From contig NW_021823755.1 in NCBI RefSeq assembly GCF_006345805.1, positions 1 through 21,489 of the forward strand: 21,489 nucleotides of DNA. The letters are read 5' to 3'. The notes under the pieces are model-generated. The model was not told the origin of the DNA. It saw only the letters and a list, made by a program, of their open reading frames with translations, and did not search any database. The translations under genes were made by a program, and so were the position numbers. This document shows, piece after piece, positions 18,306-21,489 of this stretch (its first letter is position 1; the number at the start of each line of letters is the position of its first letter). The DNA is from Octopus sinensis (Eukaryota).

Positions 18306-18490
18306 GCAGAGAGTGGTGGCGATCCCTGCTGTATTCTTTCGCCACAACTTTCTTTCCCTCTTTCTTCTGTTGGCCTGCTCGCTTAGCCAGTGGGGTGGCG
18401 TCACTTGATGGCTAAAACAATGCGAAGCGCATTGTGACCAGCGATGTGCAGCAACATCTGATACTCTGGTCGGTCACGGGATCACGTGAT
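18306..18490 (+). mobile_element. 5'-truncated SINE family A with tail type 3
   Basis: Matches 2338-2521 (GGCTAAAACAATGCGAAGCGCATTGTGACCAGCGATGTG..GGTCGGTCA). Confidence 0.85.
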
Positions 18491-18972
18491 ATATATATAA
18501 TATATATATATATACTATCGTAAATATAATTTACTACCACTGGTTAGCATGCATAAATAAAAGTCATGAGTGTATAAAATATTTTTATACACAAAGAGGA
18601 GACCATTGACAGGATTCCTTGCATGCTAAAAAGACCAGTTAAAACCCGGACAGCGAAAAAGAGAATTCATGTGGCACGCCAGAATAATACCAGTTCGAAT
18701 TTTTTAATGGATAAAGATGAAGCTGTCTTGCGCACGTATTTTCGGTACATATTTGCAACTATATAATTGTTGACCTTGTGATAAAACTCAGTCTAGACTA
18801 AGGCTATACTGCGGCACCGCCTTCGAGGGTTTCAGCTGAATGAATCTACCCGCAATACAAGACCACTAAGTTACGGAGACGTAAACAAACCAACATCAGC
18901 TATCAAACCACGTTGAGGCAGAAACACGATACAATCACACATACACACATACATATATATGTATGTATGTAT

Positions 18973-19012
<40 letters not shown>

Positions 19013-19045
19013 TACATATATATATATATATGACATATATATATA

Positions 19046-19715
19046 TAAGTGGGTGACAACTAAGTGGACATCCACTATGTTAGATGTAGACCCTATATGG
19101 TCTGACCACTAACAAAAGATTGTTCTCAAGAAAATTCAGCAAATGCCAGAACGTAAGCGAGCAAGACAAATGAAAAGATACAAAATATAAAGATTAATCA
19201 CAAACCCGATTTCATTGTTACCACTTACGTAATACGTACGTAAATGTCCGCAATTCACCAGTGTGATCGTCATAGCAAAATATAATTTGCAGAACTATTC
19301 ACGAGACGTCTGCATGAGATTGAACATGCATATAGTTCTACCAATTACATTTGGGGTTATATTTCAAAAGTCTTCGTTTTGGCGCGCCAAAATACGGGAA
19401 ATAATTCTGCAGAAAATAATTCTCTGCAGTGGATCTTGCCGGTTAGAGAACATGGTTATTTAAATTTAAACAATAAGGGTGAAAAATTGAATATTAATTA
19501 GATTAATATCAATTTAAAACCAATGGCCTAGCATATTGAAAAATCTGGAACTGGGTTTGTGATTAATCTTTATATTTTGCATCTATTCATTTGTCTTGCT
19601 CGCTTATGTTCTGGCGTTTGCTGAATTTTCTTGAGAACAATCTTTTCTTAGTGGTCAGACCATATGGGGTCTACATCTAGCGTAATGGATGTCCACTTAG
19701 TGGTCATCCCTCTTA
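19046..19715. mobile_element. Fold-back element: inverted arms of about 162 bp around a 345-bp spacer, in (TA)n
   Basis: 19046-19207 vs 19553-19715, about 90% identical by eye. Both ends read TA-TAAG(T/A)GGG..TGAC(A/C)ACTAAGTGGACATCC. Confidence 0.85.
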
Positions 19716-19718
19716 TAT

Positions 19719-20901
19719 ATCATCATCATCATCATCGTTTAACGTCCGCTTTCTATGCTAGCTTGGGTTGGACGATTTGACTGAGGACTGGCGAACCAGA
19801 TGGCTGCACCAGGTTCCAATCTTGATCTGCCAGAGTTTCTACAGCTCGATGCCCTTCCTAACGCCAACCACTCCGAGTGTGTAGTGGGTGTTTTTACGTG
19901 CCACCGGCACGGGGGCCAGTCAGGCGGTACTGGCAACGAATGTTTTTTCACGCACCACTGGCACAAGTGCCAGTAAGGTGGCGCTGGTAATGATCACGCT
20001 CGAATGGTACCTTTTACGTGCAACCAGCACGGAAGCCAGTTAGCCGCTCTGTCAACGATTATGCTCGGTTGGTGCTCTTTGCGCCCCACTAGCACGGATG
20101 CCAGTCATCGAATTTGATTTCGATTTCACTTGCCTCAACAGGTCTTCGCAAGCAGAGCTTAGTGTCCAAAGAAGGAAAGGTACGCATAAGTGGGCTGGTT
20201 ACGCCCCTGGCATAGGCCACGAGATTATGGTCTCATTTTGGCTTGCGGGATCTTCTCAAGCACAGCATATTTCCAAAAGTTTCGGTCACTAGTCATTGCC
20301 TCGGTGAGGCCTAAAGTTCGAAGGTCATGCTTCACCACTTCATCCCAGGTCTTCCTGGGTCTACCTCTTCCACAGATTCCCTCAATCGCTAGGGTGTGGC
20401 ACTTTTTCACACAGCTATCCTCATCCATTCACGCCACATGACCATACCAGCACAGTCATCTCTCTTGCACACCACATCTGATGCTTCTTAGGTCCAACTT
20501 TTCTCTCAAGGTACTTACACTCTGTCGAGTATGCACACTGACATTACACATTCATCGGATCATACTGGCTTCATTCCTTGCGAGCTTACGCCTATCCTCG
20601 GCAGTCACGGCCCATCTGCCACTGCTATGTAGCATCGCTGTTCGTACACATGCGTCATACAGTCTACCTTTTACTCTGATAGAGAGGCCCTTTGTCACCA
20701 GCAGAGGTAAGAGCTCTCTGAACTTTGCCGAGGCTATTCTTATTCTAGCAGCTACACTTTCAGCGCGCCCTCCTCCGCAACTGACTTGGTAACCTAGGTA
20801 ACGGAAGCTAACAACTACTTCTAGTCTTTCCCCCTGGAATGTGGCGGAAGTTGTTCTCTGCACATTTCCAGTGTTTATTGCTCCTGAGCATCTGCCACAT
20901 A
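19719..20901 (-). mobile_element. 5'-truncated RTE-clade LINE (RT C-terminal region, 3' UTR, (GAT)n tail)
   Basis: Single minus frame 20901 to 20225: CGRCSGAINT...LEVVVSFRYLG...RIRIASAKFRELLPLL...KGRLYDACVRTAMLH...MIR*MCNV...ER*LCWYGHVA*MDED...RGRPRKTW, with three in-frame TGA stops. The 3' end is CGGACGTTAAAC(GAT)n. Confidence 0.93.
19891..20106. repeat. About 3.5 degenerate tandem repeats of about 66 bp inside the RTE 3' UTR
   Basis: TTT(T)ACGTGCCACCGGCACGG..GCCAGT-like starts at about 19891, 19943, 20012 and 20078. Confidence 0.75.
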
Positions 20902-21046
20902 GCCCGAAATTTGGGGAGAAGGCAGATAGTCGATTACATCGACCCCAGTACTCAATTGATACTTAATTTAATTGACACCCGAAAGGATGAAAAGCAAAGT
21001 CGAACTCGGCGGAATTTGAACTCAAAACATAAAGACGGACGAAATA
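20902..21046 (-). mobile_element. Headless SINE family M fragment
   Basis: GCCCGAAATTTGGGG..GTCGATTACATCGACCCCAGT...GAAAGGATGAAA...GGAATTTGAACTC...GACGAAATA. Confidence 0.85.
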
Positions 21047-21427
21047 GCTTGCTTACAACCACATGGTTCCGGGTTCAGTCCCACTCGTGGCATCTTGGGC
21101 AAGTGTCCTTCTGCTATAGCCCCAGGCCGACCAATGCCTGTGAGTGTGATTTGGTAGTAGACGGAAACTGAAAGAAGCCTGTCGTATATTATGTATGTAT
21201 GTGTGTGTGTTGTTGTGTGTCTGTGTTTGTCCCCCTAGCATTGCTTGACAAAAACCGATGCTGGTGGTTTACGTCCCCGTCACTTTAGAGTTCGGCAAAA
21301 GAGACCGATAGAATAAGTACTGGGCTTACAAAGAATAAGTCCCGGGGTCGATTTGCTCGACTAAAGGCGTGCTCCAGCATGGCCGCAGTCAATGACTGAA
21401 ACAAGTAAAAGAGAGTAAGAGAGTAAA
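21047..21427 (+). mobile_element. Near full-length SINE family B lacking the first 25 bp or so
   Basis: Co-linear with 10700-11083, with several 1-3 nt indels. Confidence 0.9.
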
Positions 21428-21489
21428 GCAGTTTGCTCGGCGAGCTACAGATTCTGCCAGCTCGCCGCTTTAATGATGAGGATAATCTT

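Noticed and set aside
18545-18575. 10-bp perfect hairpin GTGTATAAAA-TAT-TTTTATACAC (about 18565-18587) and nearby possible coding sequence
   Set aside because: Short AT-rich palindromes are expected by chance at this base composition, and there is no protein motif in the flanking frames.
21047-21427. Small indels as a distinct family B subfamily
   Set aside because: Scattered 1-3 nt indels could be decay or consensus-sequencing error. The same caveat applies to single-base defects in the hammerheads and the CR1 frameshift.

Overview
Repeat-saturated, AT-rich, non-coding eukaryotic DNA. The repeat families point to a coleoid cephalopod, most likely Octopus (inference from family recognition, not a database search). 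No intact protein-coding gene is supported: the ORF track is almost entirely microsatellite, SINE or decayed-transposon translation. The window holds three abundant tRNA-headed SINE families (here called A, B and M), a deleted mariner transposon with a nested CR1 3' fragment, a hAT 3' remnant, a Tc1/mariner-type MITE, a 5'-truncated RTE LINE and many microsatellites. The most notable signal is a cluster of non-coding fold-back or partially duplicated elements (about 0.16-1 kb) sitting mostly in or beside (TA)n tracts between about 7.9 and 19.7 kb. Several contain hammerhead ribozyme folds that I could trace helix by helix. The best are at 9379-9438, 13126-13160 and 15521-15589. Near-intact or decayed copies are at 8034-8071, 8809-8868, 13601-13657, 13810-13866, 14660-14708 and 14994-15035. 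This fits non-autonomous Penelope-like (pseudo-LTR/retrozyme-like) elements. All folds and identities were assessed by eye, and none of the ribozymes has been shown to cleave.
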